From Erysipelotrichaceae bacterium (GTDB lineage: Bacteria > Bacillota_I > Bacilli_A > Erysipelotrichales > Erysipelotrichaceae), in NCBI GenBank assembly GCA_963676105.1, contig OY781039.1, positions 720,001 to 752,000 of the forward strand: 32,000 nt of DNA. Reading direction: 5' to 3'. The position numbers and the translations under genes are program-made. Of this stretch, positions 8,739 to 18,344 are shown piece by piece (position 1 is the first letter of the stretch; each line of letters opens with the position of its first letter). Below the pieces are notes generated by a model. The model had not been told where the DNA came from. It made no database searches and was given only the letters and a program-made list of their open reading frames with translations.

Positions 8739-9329
8739 TCAAGACATTGCCTGAGTTTTAATAAACTTCTTAATCCAAGTTTCAATTTCTTCTAATCCAC
8801 TCTTATCAAGGGAAGAAAAAATAACCACTGGATGACCATATTTCGCTTTGAGTTCTTTTTCAGCTTTAAGTTTTTGCGAAAAAGATAACTTATCACTTTT
8901 CGTCGCAACCATGAGTAATGGATAACCGACTTCTTCAACAAACGCTAACATATCTTCATCATCTTCAGAGAGAGGATGGCGAATATCAATCACTTGAATC
9001 ACAGCCATAATTTGTTCTCTTTCTGAGAAATAGTCTTCCATGAGTTTGCCATAAGCAATGAGTTCTGATTGAGATCGTTTGGCATAACCATAACCAGGTA
9101 CATCCACAAACATCACTTGATGAGGCACTTCATAGAAGTTTATGTAACGTGTCTTACCTGGTCTTTTACCCACATAAGCTAGAGCTTTTTGATGGGTAAT
9201 TGAATTGATTAAGGAAGACTTTCCCACATTAGATCTTCCCGCTAAGACTAGCTCAGGAAGATCTGTTTCTGGGAATTGTTCTTTTTTGACAGCTGTGGTG
9301 ACGAAGTTAGCGCTTTGAAACAAAGCCAT
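8739..9329 (-). CDS. engB: Ribosome-biogenesis GTPase EngB/YsxC/YihA
   Basis: GRSNVGKSSLIN (G1), DVPGYGYA (G3) and TKSDK (G4). Its start overlaps the lon stop by 1 nt. Confidence 0.9.
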   Translation of the reverse strand: MALFQSANFVTTAVKKEQFPETDLPELVLAGRSNVGKSSLINSITHQKALAYVGKRPGKTRYINFYEVPHQVMFVDVPGYGYAKRSQSELIAYGKLMEDYFSEREQIMAVIQVIDIRHPLSEDDEDMLAFVEEVGYPLLMVATKSDKLSFSQKLKAEKELKAKYGHPVVIFSSLDKSGLEEIETWIKKFIKTQAMS

Positions 9330-11641
9330 TACTTCACCAAGGCTTCTTTTAGAACCTGCATCACATTGGTTACAGGGACAAATTTTATCGCATCCTTAAC
9401 CACTTGTGGTACATCATCTAAATCTTTTTTATTTAAATTTGGAATTAAAATCTTTTCAATACCAACTCTGTGAGCCGCTAATGATTTTTCTTTTAATCCA
9501 CCAATTGGAAGTACATTGCCACGTAGGGTTACTTCACCTGTCATGGCTAAGTTAGCGTAAACCGGTGTATGGGTTAGTGCAGACACTATCGCGGTAGTCA
9601 TGGTGACCCCAGCACTTGGTCCATCCTTTGGCACTGCCCCTTCTGGAACGTGTAAGTGAATATCGTGTGTTTCAAAGAATTTAGGATCAATCTCAAATTC
9701 TTTGGCATGTGATTTCACAAAACCTAAGGCAATTTCAGATGATTCTTTCATAACATCACCTAGTTTACCGGTAAGGATTAATCTTCCCTTACCTTCAAAG
9801 GTCGTAACTTCTACTGGTAATACATCTCCACCAAAGGAAGTATACGCAAGTCCTGTGACAACACCGACTTGGTTTTCACCCTCTTTTTTGCCATACTCAA
9901 AGATTTCTTTACCCAGGTATTCCATCATGAGCTTATCAGTGACAGTGATTGATTTCTTACCATCTTTTAAGATCGCAAGTACTGATTTACGGCAGAGTGC
10001 TGCAATATGACGTTCAACTTGTCGAACCCCTGCTTCACGTGTGTAATTACGAATGATATGTAAGATGACATCATCACTGACTTTAAATTGTGATTTCTTT
10101 AAACCATTTAAAGCCATTTGACGTGGAACTAAGTGATTGCGCGCAATATTAACTTTTTCATCTTCAGTATAAGAAGAGAGTTGAATAATTTCTAAACGAT
10201 CTTTTAAAGCAGGTGGAATATCTTCTAGATAGTTCGCAGTTGCGATAAACATAACTTTGGATAAATCATAAGGTTCTTCTAAGTAGTGATCTGAGAAAAG
10301 TGCATTTTGTTCAGGATCTAAAACCTCTAACATTGCAGAAGAAGGATCCCCTTTATAATCAGAAGCCATCTTATCAATTTCATCAATTAAGAAGACAGGA
10401 TTTACAACTTGAGCTTTTTTCATCCCTTGGATAAAACGTCCAGGTAATGAACCTAAATATGTTCTTCTGTGACCTCTAATTTCAGCTTCATCTCGAACAC
10501 CCCCTAAGGATGCTTTGACAAAGGTACGATTTAAGGCACCCGCAATGGATTTAGCTAATGATGTTTTACCAACCCCAGGAGGGCCAACTAAACATAAGAT
10601 TGGGGCATTCAATGAACCCGTCATCTTTTTAACCGCTAAGTATTCCATAATACGATCTTTTACTTTTTCTAAACCATAATGTTGTTGGTCTAAATGAGCA
10701 CGAACTTTTTCTAAGTCCCCTTCATCAGTGGACTCTTGCCACCAAGGAATATTGAGTAACCAATCTAAGTAAGTACGAATAACACCTGATTCACCAGAAG
10801 AGGTAGGCAACATTTCATAACGTTGAATTTCTTCAAGGGCTTTTTGTTTAATATTTTCAGGATATGGATTTTCTTCAACTAAGCGTCTTAAACTATCCAC
10901 ATCATCAGTTGAGTTAGGGACATCCCCTAATTCTTCCTTAATCGCTCTCATTTTTTCACGCAAGTAATATTCACGTTGATTTTGTTCAATGGATTCACGA
11001 ACTTTTTCATTAATCCCTTGTTCAATGGATGAGAGTTCTTTTTCTTTCTTAAGTGAACCAATGATTAAAAGTAATCTAGCATTTAGATTAAACTCTTCTA
11101 ACATCGCTTGTCTTTCATCAAGAGGCATTGGGAAGTATTGAGCTACTTGATCAGATAACTGAGTGGCGGATACGCCTTTAGTTAATTGTTGGAAGACATC
11201 AGGTGGAAAGGAATTACCAATATTGGTAATGCTTTCTAAACCTTTTGCGATTTGACGAACTAATGCGGTTTCTTCTAATTGATCACCTAAAACATCTTCA
11301 TGGGTTTCAATCGCCGCAAACAACATGCGATCATCTTCACTTAAACGAGCCACTCTTGCACGTTTTAAACCTGTGAAAGTGACACGCATAAAGCCCTCTT
11401 TCTTACGAGAACTTTTTATTTTACAGAGGGTACCAACTTGATAAAGGTCATTTTCGTGGGGTTCATCTACTAAGACATCTTTTTGAGAGACTAAGAAAAC
11501 TTGTCCATCAAAGTATGCCATTGCTTCTTCTACCGCGTTGACGCTTTTCTCACGACCAACTTCAATCATGATGTCTTGATTAGGGAAAATTAAGACCCCA
11601 CGGGTTGCGATCGCTGGTACATTTATTTCATGTTTTTCCAT
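9329..11641 (-). CDS. lon: ATP-dependent Lon protease
   Basis: 770 aa. Walker A GPPGVGKTSLAKS and the protease serine motif PKDGPSAGVTM. N-terminal LON substrate-binding domain. Confidence 0.95.
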   Translation of the reverse strand: MEKHEINVPAIATRGVLIFPNQDIMIEVGREKSVNAVEEAMAYFDGQVFLVSQKDVLVDEPHENDLYQVGTLCKIKSSRKKEGFMRVTFTGLKRARVARLSEDDRMLFAAIETHEDVLGDQLEETALVRQIAKGLESITNIGNSFPPDVFQQLTKGVSATQLSDQVAQYFPMPLDERQAMLEEFNLNARLLLIIGSLKKEKELSSIEQGINEKVRESIEQNQREYYLREKMRAIKEELGDVPNSTDDVDSLRRLVEENPYPENIKQKALEEIQRYEMLPTSSGESGVIRTYLDWLLNIPWWQESTDEGDLEKVRAHLDQQHYGLEKVKDRIMEYLAVKKMTGSLNAPILCLVGPPGVGKTSLAKSIAGALNRTFVKASLGGVRDEAEIRGHRRTYLGSLPGRFIQGMKKAQVVNPVFLIDEIDKMASDYKGDPSSAMLEVLDPEQNALFSDHYLEEPYDLSKVMFIATANYLEDIPPALKDRLEIIQLSSYTEDEKVNIARNHLVPRQMALNGLKKSQFKVSDDVILHIIRNYTREAGVRQVERHIAALCRKSVLAILKDGKKSITVTDKLMMEYLGKEIFEYGKKEGENQVGVVTGLAYTSFGGDVLPVEVTTFEGKGRLILTGKLGDVMKESSEIALGFVKSHAKEFEIDPKFFETHDIHLHVPEGAVPKDGPSAGVTMTTAIVSALTHTPVYANLAMTGEVTLRGNVLPIGGLKEKSLAAHRVGIEKILIPNLNKKDLDDVPQVVKDAIKFVPVTNVMQVLKEALVK

Positions 11642-11678
11642 ATGTTTTAACTCCTTATAAGTTTAAGGGACATAAAAC

Positions 11679-12944
11679 TTAGGCAAAAATTAAATCGTAA
11701 GCTTTTCTTAAGCGTAGATCATAAGAGATTGTTTCTACACTTGCGAGTTGTTTAATTTGTTCAATATCCATTTGATATTGTTCGGATACATTCTTGTATT
11801 CTGCTTCGATTTCTTCAGCACTTACTTCAATTGCTTCTTTTTCAGCAATCGCGTGTAGTACTAAACGAACTTTTACTTTGCCTAAAGCATCCATACGCAT
11901 TTGTTCACGTAGAGCTGCCATGTCTTGTCCTGTGATTTGAGAATATTGTTCTAAGCTGAAGCCTTGTTGTTGAAGACGAGCTTGGAAGTCTTGAACCATG
12001 GTGTCTGTTTCTTGATCAATTAATACATCAGGAATTTCAACAGTCGCATTGTCCATAACTTTTGTAAGAACTTCATTCTTGTAATCTTCTTCAACTTTAG
12101 TTGCTTTTTCTGCTTTTAGTTCTTCTTCAAACTTAGCTGTAAGAGCTTCTAAAGTATCTGTTTCTTTATGGTTAACTTCTTTGGCGAAATCATCGTTAAG
12201 TTCTGGAAGTTCTTTAACTTTGATTTCATTAACTTTAACTTTAAAGATAACTGGTTGACCAGCCAAATGCTCAGCTTGATAATCTTCTGGGAATGAAACT
12301 TCAACATCTTTTTCTTCACCAGATTTCATACCGATAAGTGCATCTTCAAAGCCAGGAATGAATGTATTTGAACCGATTTCAAGTGAGAAGTTCTCACCTT
12401 TACCACCTTCAAAAGCAACACCATCTTTAAAGCCTTCAAAGTCGATGACAGCTGTATCTTTAGCTTCAACTGCACCTTCTTCTTTTAAAACGAGTTCTGC
12501 AAATTGTTGACGAAGTTCTTCAAGTTTAGCTTCAACTTCTTTCTTCGTTACTTTTGCGCTTGCTTTTTTAACTTTTAAATCTTTATAGTCACCTAAAGTT
12601 ACTTCAGGATTAACTGCGAAAGTGAATTTTAAAACTGTTTTATTAACATCAACAGATTCAACACCTAACTCAGGACGTGAAATTGGTTCTACTTTTGTTT
12701 CATCTAAACCAGCTTCAAGAGCTTCTTGAGCCACATTTTGAACAGCTTCAATTAAAATTTCTTGTTCAGAAATTTGTTTTTTAACCATATCTAAAGGGGC
12801 TTTCCCTTTTCTAAAACCTTTGATATTTACATTTTGAGCTAATTTTTTAAATGCTTTATCTTGAGCCTTTGCCCAAAGGTCTCCTTCTACTTCTACTTTC
12901 AACTCTCCGGTTGATTTTTCAATTACTGTCCACGTACTTTTCAT
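11679..12944 (-). CDS. tig: Trigger factor
   Basis: Ribosome-binding signature GFRKGKAP and a central FKBP-like domain. The SD AGGAGG lies inside the first listed codons, so ATG 12944 (MKSTWTV) is preferred over 12959. Confidence 0.95.
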   Translation of the reverse strand: MKSTWTVIEKSTGELKVEVEGDLWAKAQDKAFKKLAQNVNIKGFRKGKAPLDMVKKQISEQEILIEAVQNVAQEALEAGLDETKVEPISRPELGVESVDVNKTVLKFTFAVNPEVTLGDYKDLKVKKASAKVTKKEVEAKLEELRQQFAELVLKEEGAVEAKDTAVIDFEGFKDGVAFEGGKGENFSLEIGSNTFIPGFEDALIGMKSGEEKDVEVSFPEDYQAEHLAGQPVIFKVKVNEIKVKELPELNDDFAKEVNHKETDTLEALTAKFEEELKAEKATKVEEDYKNEVLTKVMDNATVEIPDVLIDQETDTMVQDFQARLQQQGFSLEQYSQITGQDMAALREQMRMDALGKVKVRLVLHAIAEKEAIEVSAEEIEAEYKNVSEQYQMDIEQIKQLASVETISYDLRLRKAYDLIFA

Positions 12945-12998
12945 GTGAGACCTCCTCATATTGCTTAATCATTATAGCATAGCCCTTAGCACTGTCAA

Positions 12999-13733
12999 CT
13001 AATGAGTGCTAGAAGGAATACTTTCTTCTTTTAAACTGCCTTTCATGGCTTCAAAAGCCTTACTATCATACAATGCAGTGACCATTTTTTCCATGATTGT
13101 GATTGCCAAATCATAGCCTTCTTCTGCTTCATAGACCAGTGGTAATTTCAATAAGGATTGAAGATGTAATTCTTGAAGACATAGTTGGTATAAACTTGGT
13201 TCTTTCATACACCATTTTTCTAAATAGTCTTCAGCAATTTCAAAGCCATCACTATCTTCTGGCAACATTAAACTCATTGGGATAATTTCAAAGTGCATCC
13301 CATTCATTTCAAATTTAAACTCTTGTGCTAAAGCTTGTTCAATACAGATACGTATAAGTAATGCTTTCATTAGATCATCACTTAGTAAATCAAATGCTTC
13401 TTGAATCAAATCAATATGTTGTCTTAGGTTTAGTTTACTTAAAGAATCTAGCGCAAAGATGATTTGTTCATCATCCCCTTTTAAGGCTTTTAAGATGGCT
13501 TGTGGATCCGTTAAACTCGTCTGTATCTTTTCATTGGTTTTAAGTTCATTACGAATCTCTTTTTCTAAACGTTCAATCTCAGTTAAAAAAGCTTTAGGTA
13601 CATATGGCATAGCTAACTCTTCTGAGACACGTGCATACGCTGCTTCTAATTTGTTTTCATTCATTAATTTCTCAATATCAATTAGACATTGTTTATAGTA
13701 AGTATCACTCATACAAAACATTATGCCATACAC
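12999..13733 (-). CDS. Hypothetical helical protein
   Basis: Long ORF with coding-like composition and no motif I recognise. The start is ambiguous (M1, or M8 at 13712). Confidence 0.5.
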   Translation of the reverse strand: MYGIMFCMSDTYYKQCLIDIEKLMNENKLEAAYARVSEELAMPYVPKAFLTEIERLEKEIRNELKTNEKIQTSLTDPQAILKALKGDDEQIIFALDSLSKLNLRQHIDLIQEAFDLLSDDLMKALLIRICIEQALAQEFKFEMNGMHFEIIPMSLMLPEDSDGFEIAEDYLEKWCMKEPSLYQLCLQELHLQSLLKLPLVYEAEEGYDLAITIMEKMVTALYDSKAFEAMKGSLKEESIPSSTH

Positions 13734-13779
13734 ACATCTTTATGTGTGAAGTGATTTGTCTATGGTAAACTTTTAATAG

Positions 13780-14787
13780 ATGAAACAGATGATATTTATT
13801 TTAGGACTTGCCCTTAGTGGAGCTGGTCTCTATATTGCCTATTTAGGCTTTACACAAATTGATGCATTAGACACTTTAATGTTAGGAGTTTATTTAGGTG
13901 GATCTTTCATCTTGATGACCATTGGACTTTATATGTCTTTAGTGGTCTTTATGAAAAAGAAAACAGTCAAACAGGATGAAAAAGATGAAGAAGAAACACT
14001 AGAAGAAGTTCTTTTAGATTTAGATGAAGATGAGGATGAAGTTCTTGATTCTGAAATTCTTAATATGAGTGAGTCTACCACCATGATTGAAGATACAATG
14101 GTGCTTAATCTTTTTGAAGAAGAAAAACCAGTTGCTGAAGAAAACACTCAAGAACAAGTCATTGAAGATACTATCGAAGAAGAGATCATAGATGAAAAAA
14201 ATGATGACATTCAAACTGAAGATGATCTAGATGTTGAAGATCAATATCAAGAAGAAGAGATACTTGAAGAAGATGATGAGATTCAATTAGTTGAAGAAGA
14301 AGCAGTCATTGATGAGAAAGCTGAAATAAATGATAATGTAATCAAAGATGAAACGCTCGAAGAATTAGCTGAAGAACTTGAAGGAAAACCTTTAGAATCA
14401 CTTATCGATGAAATTGAAGCACCTGTGCTTGAAGATTCAATAGAAAAGACTTTGGTTTCAGATGAATTACATATCACGAGTGAACAAAAAATCTTTAATA
14501 CTGAATTTGTTGAAGCAAGACTCATTGGGATTGAAGGTTTTGGAAAACAACGAATCCTTAAAAAACTGACTGAAGGGACTGAACTGACCTTTAAAGAAAA
14601 CCAAAAACATGGTTTAAAATCATGTGAGATCTTTTATCAAAACAAATCCCTTGGTTACTTATCGAAAGTTGACTACAACAAAATGGTTGATAAATTAGCC
14701 AATGTCTATAAAATAACGATTTCAACCTTTGTTTATGAAAACAATAAAGTTGCGACTGTTATGTTGAATTTCATGTTTAAACAATAA
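13780..14787 (+). CDS. Membrane-anchored protein with a very acidic linker and a HIRAN-like C-terminal domain
   Basis: Two N-terminal TM helices and a roughly 170-aa D/E-rich low-complexity region. The C-terminal pattern is RLIGIEGFG...GTELTFKEN...KSCEIFYQNKSLGYLSK...MVDKL. The HIRAN call rests on that pattern only. Confidence 0.6.
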   Translation: MKQMIFILGLALSGAGLYIAYLGFTQIDALDTLMLGVYLGGSFILMTIGLYMSLVVFMKKKTVKQDEKDEEETLEEVLLDLDEDEDEVLDSEILNMSESTTMIEDTMVLNLFEEEKPVAEENTQEQVIEDTIEEEIIDEKNDDIQTEDDLDVEDQYQEEEILEEDDEIQLVEEEAVIDEKAEINDNVIKDETLEELAEELEGKPLESLIDEIEAPVLEDSIEKTLVSDELHITSEQKIFNTEFVEARLIGIEGFGKQRILKKLTEGTELTFKENQKHGLKSCEIFYQNKSLGYLSKVDYNKMVDKLANVYKITISTFVYENNKVATVMLNFMFKQ

Positions 14788-14810
14788 AAAACATCTCGCG
14801 ATGTTTTTTT
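14786..14810. terminator. Bidirectional terminator
   Basis: AAAAAACATC / GATGTTTTTT stem with a TCGC loop, between convergent genes. Confidence 0.7.
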
Positions 14811-14811
14811 C

Positions 14812-15393
14812 TTATACTTTATAACGAAAGCCAATATCAGCTTTCGTGAAGCGTTTATAGTTTTTAATCAAACGTTTAATTTTGAAACCTCTAAAGATAA
14901 TGATAGAGATAGCTTCCCATAAGAAGACCCATCCTCCAACAATGACAATCTCACTTAAGGTATAGGCAAGAATATGATCTCTATGCCCTACGCCTAGATA
15001 GGATGAAGTCAGTAATACAACTGAGACAAATAAGTAAATCAGAGCGTTCTTCACAATGCGAATAAACTTATTCTGTTCAAGTTCAATATAGAAACTATAG
15101 AAGGTTTTAAACCATTGTCTTAAAACTGCTTCCCTAGTTTCATTCTTTATTTCATCTGAGAAATAAAAACGAATGTCAATGGCTTCATTGATAGGAATAT
15201 CATCTATAGAATCTTCTAAAAAACTTAAAAGTTCAGGATGAATATCCTTGCGTTTAAAGGGTGCATGATCCCAGTCATTGAAGATGGCAGAGTAATTAGA
15301 TAATGAGATTTCAATGATAAAATTGCCATTATCTGGATTACGATCATATAACTTTTCAACTAAATGCTTGGTTTTGCTCATTGTGGTACACAC
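14812..15393 (-). CDS. Hypothetical membrane protein (soluble N-terminal part, two C-terminal TM helices)
   Basis: ORF with coding-like composition and hydrophobic segments LIYLFVSVVLLTS and IVIVGGWVFLWEAISIIIF. The start is GTG 15393 or ATG 15381. Confidence 0.55.
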   Translation of the reverse strand: MCTTMSKTKHLVEKLYDRNPDNGNFIIEISLSNYSAIFNDWDHAPFKRKDIHPELLSFLEDSIDDIPINEAIDIRFYFSDEIKNETREAVLRQWFKTFYSFYIELEQNKFIRIVKNALIYLFVSVVLLTSSYLGVGHRDHILAYTLSEIVIVGGWVFLWEAISIIIFRGFKIKRLIKNYKRFTKADIGFRYKV

Positions 15394-15973
15394 CCATCTC
15401 TTCTTCTATTTCATCGCTTGCATATTCATATTGTTCTTCATAGAAATAAGAAACATCTAATCCTTTGAAGAAGATCACTATCATTGATTAATATCTTTCT
15501 TAAACTTTCAATCAATAAAGTACTATCAACCATAGATGTCTTCAAATGTCTCGTTTAGCAGTTGTTCTAAATGCGCACAATTTTCCTTAATAAAAGCGGT
15601 AATCGCAAATTGAAATCCAGACTTTGATAAATTAATTTATCTTATTTTTCAGCACAATCAAAGTTGTCTATAAATTATATTTCATGAAGCGTAAAAAGTG
15701 CTTGAATTTTAGCGAAATAAATCTTTTTTATAGTTTTATTTGGCCAAAAGCGAACCACATTTTGCTTACTAACTCGCTCTTCTTCTTTTTTTAGGACGGC
15801 ATTTTTTCAATGACTAATTTATTATTTATCATTATGATTTACCTATATTTAAAGTATATCATGTCTAAAATCATCTGTTTGTCATTACATTTTGGTTGAC
15901 TAAATATTGAAGATAACATATCATTCATAAGATTGTATTTTTATACAAGGAAAGGATTTGATCTAGATCAGCT

Positions 15974-18097
15974 ATGTTTAATCCAAAAAAAATCTTATCT
16001 AAATTTTCAAATTTAAATACACATTCATCAAAAGAACAAATACTTAAAGAAATACTCATGAACGCCATCATTATCCAATTGATATTGGAAATAATGAATC
16101 AACGCTCATTCCTTTTAGGTTTAGCAACACCCCTTTACAACCCAATCATGTTTATATGTAGTGTAGCTTTACTATCTGCATTTTTATCTTTTGGCTTATT
16201 ACTGCCTAAACGACACTTAGGTTATTTAATCGTGGATGCGATTTGGTTATTACTAGGTATCATTAACTTTATTCTATTAAGTTCACGTACAACTCCACTT
16301 ACGGCTATGGACTTTAAAATGTTGACATCTGTCTTCACCGTTATTGGACGTTATTTAAATATATTTGAATTATCCTTATTCTTTATCTTTGTATTAATGA
16401 TCATTCTTTTAATTGGTTTAATCGGCTTTAAAATGCCACGTACTAAATGGAATCCTCATCATGGCGTGATTGGGACAACCCTTTCCTTTATGTTGATGTT
16501 TACAAGTTTCAATTTTGCAGAAGCAACCGGAAACGTTTCAACAAACTTTGGGAATATCGCAAATGCCTATTTAGATTATGGATTAGCTTATAGTTTTGCG
16601 ACAAGTGTTGTTGATAAAGGAATTAATAAACCAGCTAGTTATTCTAGTGATCAAGTACAATCTGTTCTAAATTCTATGAATAATAATGATATTGATACGA
16701 CCGATCTTTCAAACACAGCTGTGAATGGTACGCCAAACATTATTTTTGTACAATTAGAATCTTTCTTTGATGCGAAACGTATTAAAGCTTTATCTTTTAG
16801 TGAAGATCCCATTCCTAACTTAACAGAGCTACAAGAAAACTACTCTTCAGGTTATGTTACGGTTCCATCCATTGGGGCTGGGACAGTAAATACAGAATTT
16901 GAAATCATTACGGGTATGAATCTTGACTATTTTGGAGCTGGTGAATACCCATATAAAACAATTCTATCTGAAACAACCGTTGAAAGTTATGCCTATGATT
17001 TATCAGAATTGGGTTATCATACACAAGCTCTGCACAATAATATGGGAACCTTCTATTCACGAAATACCGTCTATCCTAAATTAGGTTTTGATGGCTTTAC
17101 ATCCATCGAATATATGGAAAATATTGAATATAACGAATTAGGTTGGGCAGATGATAGTATGCTTGTCCCTGAAATCATAAAAACACTTGATTCAACCCAA
17201 GAACAAGACTTTATCTTTGCGGTAAGTGTACAACCACATGGTAAATACCCTGATTATCCTGTCATTGAAAACCCGGCAATTGAAATCTACGCAAGCTCAT
17301 CCATTCCACCAATGAACAATATGGATTCTATTGGATCTTTACCAACCATTGAAGTTGAGGATGCTGTCACAAGTGAAGAATTCTCAATGGAAGAGGCAAC
17401 GTACTATAAATATTTATATTACGTGAATCAAATTCACGAAGAAGATGAGTTTGTCGGTGAACTCATTGAAAGTTTAAAAGATTATGCAGAGCCAGTGGTT
17501 GTCGTATTTTATGGTGATCATCTTCCAACATTAGATATAACCGAAGAAGATCTCACAGATGGATCCCCTTTCCAAACTGAATATGTGATTTGGGATAACA
17601 TAGGTCTAGAAAGAATTGAAAGAGACGTTAATGCTTATCAATTAAGTTCAATCCTTATGGAACGCTTAGGTTACACGAATGGTCTCATTAACAAATACCA
17701 TCAAGAAATGGTTGATAATATTGATTATGAAGCTGAACTTGAACTTCTACAATACGATATGTTATATGGAAACAAAGATGCCTATAATGGTGTTAACCCA
17801 TACGAAAAAACTAAAATGATGATGGGTATTTCTCCTATTAGTATTACTGATGTTGAGCCAATGGGCGAAGCTATATTTATACATGGTGAGAATTTCACCA
17901 TGTGGAGTGAAGTCTATTTTGACAATCATCAAAAAAACAGCGTATTTGTTGATGAAAAAACCTTAATCGTCACTGATGGTGAATATGAAGATGGACTAAG
18001 TGTCAAAGTTAGCCAAGTCACAGATACAGGACGAAAACTAAGTAGCACAGAAGCGTATATCGTTGGTGATGTTGCTTATATTGTTGAAGAATCTTAA
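15974..18097 (+). CDS. LTA synthase (LtaS)-family sulfatase-domain membrane protein
   Basis: Multi-TM N-terminus. NIIFVQLESFFD and GAGTVNTEFEIITG (nucleophilic Thr context) are typical of LtaS/phosphoglycerol transferases. It has an extra C-terminal beta-rich (IPT-like) extension. Confidence 0.8.
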   Translation: MFNPKKILSKFSNLNTHSSKEQILKEILMNAIIIQLILEIMNQRSFLLGLATPLYNPIMFICSVALLSAFLSFGLLLPKRHLGYLIVDAIWLLLGIINFILLSSRTTPLTAMDFKMLTSVFTVIGRYLNIFELSLFFIFVLMIILLIGLIGFKMPRTKWNPHHGVIGTTLSFMLMFTSFNFAEATGNVSTNFGNIANAYLDYGLAYSFATSVVDKGINKPASYSSDQVQSVLNSMNNNDIDTTDLSNTAVNGTPNIIFVQLESFFDAKRIKALSFSEDPIPNLTELQENYSSGYVTVPSIGAGTVNTEFEIITGMNLDYFGAGEYPYKTILSETTVESYAYDLSELGYHTQALHNNMGTFYSRNTVYPKLGFDGFTSIEYMENIEYNELGWADDSMLVPEIIKTLDSTQEQDFIFAVSVQPHGKYPDYPVIENPAIEIYASSSIPPMNNMDSIGSLPTIEVEDAVTSEEFSMEEATYYKYLYYVNQIHEEDEFVGELIESLKDYAEPVVVVFYGDHLPTLDITEEDLTDGSPFQTEYVIWDNIGLERIERDVNAYQLSSILMERLGYTNGLINKYHQEMVDNIDYEAELELLQYDMLYGNKDAYNGVNPYEKTKMMMGISPISITDVEPMGEAIFIHGENFTMWSEVYFDNHQKNSVFVDEKTLIVTDGEYEDGLSVKVSQVTDTGRKLSSTEAYIVGDVAYIVEES

Positions 18098-18104
18098 TTA
18101 ACGA

Positions 18105-18129
18105 GTCATCTAGAAATAGATGGCTTTTT
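18105..18129 (+). terminator. Terminator of the LtaS-family gene
   Basis: GTCATCTA-GAAA-TAGATGGC hairpin followed by TTTTT. Confidence 0.65.
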
Positions 18130-18154
18130 ATTATCAAGCGTTTATTTTTTTCAT

Positions 18155-18178
18155 AAAAAAACCCATATTAAATGGGCT
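18155..18178 (-). terminator. Orphaned tRNA terminator left behind at attL
   Basis: On the minus strand, directly after the orphan tRNA 3' fragment: GCCCAT-TTAAT-ATGGGT followed by a T7 run. Confidence 0.6.
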
Positions 18179-18186
18179 TAGTGAAC

Positions 18187-18206
18187 TAATGGCGTCCTCA
18201 GAGGGA
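18187..18206. repeat. attL core: TAATGGCGTCCTCAGAGGGA (orphan copy of the tRNA-Arg 3' end)
   Basis: Identical 20-mer at 28508-28527. The flanking bases differ on both sides. Confidence 0.9.
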
Positions 18207-18311
18207 AACAAAAAATACGTTATATTAAAGTTCACCAAATTACATAAAACGTTATTTTAAGCCATTTTAGGACATTATCTTTTTTTAAAATTTATAATAA
18301 TTTAAAAATTT

Positions 18312-18334
18312 TGCTAGACTTTTGCTAGACTTTT
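18312..18334. repeat. Tandem 11-bp repeat TGCTAGACTTT x2 (candidate integrase arm-type site, P' arm)
   Basis: The 23-nt string TGCTAGACTTTTGCTAGACTTTT is identical to 28441-28463 and lies 105 bp inside the attL core. Confidence 0.6.
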
Positions 18335-18344
18335 AATAAAGTAT

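Noticed and set aside
13727-13750. ACACAT-CTTT-ATGTGT hairpin between the divergent 244-aa and acidic-protein genes
   Set aside because: It is a short AT-rich stem overlapping the ambiguous 5' end of the 244-aa ORF, with no repeat elsewhere and no recognisable riboswitch or leader features.
13960-14420. Apparent DNA repeats (gaagaaga/gatgaaga) in the acidic-protein gene
   Set aside because: This is codon-level low complexity from a D/E-rich peptide, not a defined tandem repeat unit. The frame is uninterrupted.
15394-15973. 580-bp gap without long ORFs. The minus strand of about 15394-15640 gives coding-like fragments in three successive frames (..HLEQLLNETFEDIYG*, MVDSTLLIESLRKILINDSDLL.., MIVIFFKGLDVSYFYEEQYEYASDEIEEE..), suggesting a frameshifted pseudogene
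   Set aside because: The fragments are under 45 codons each and match no family I recognise. AT-rich DNA readily yields such ORFs. I could not support a pseudogene call without a homology search (tblastn of the region against relatives would decide).
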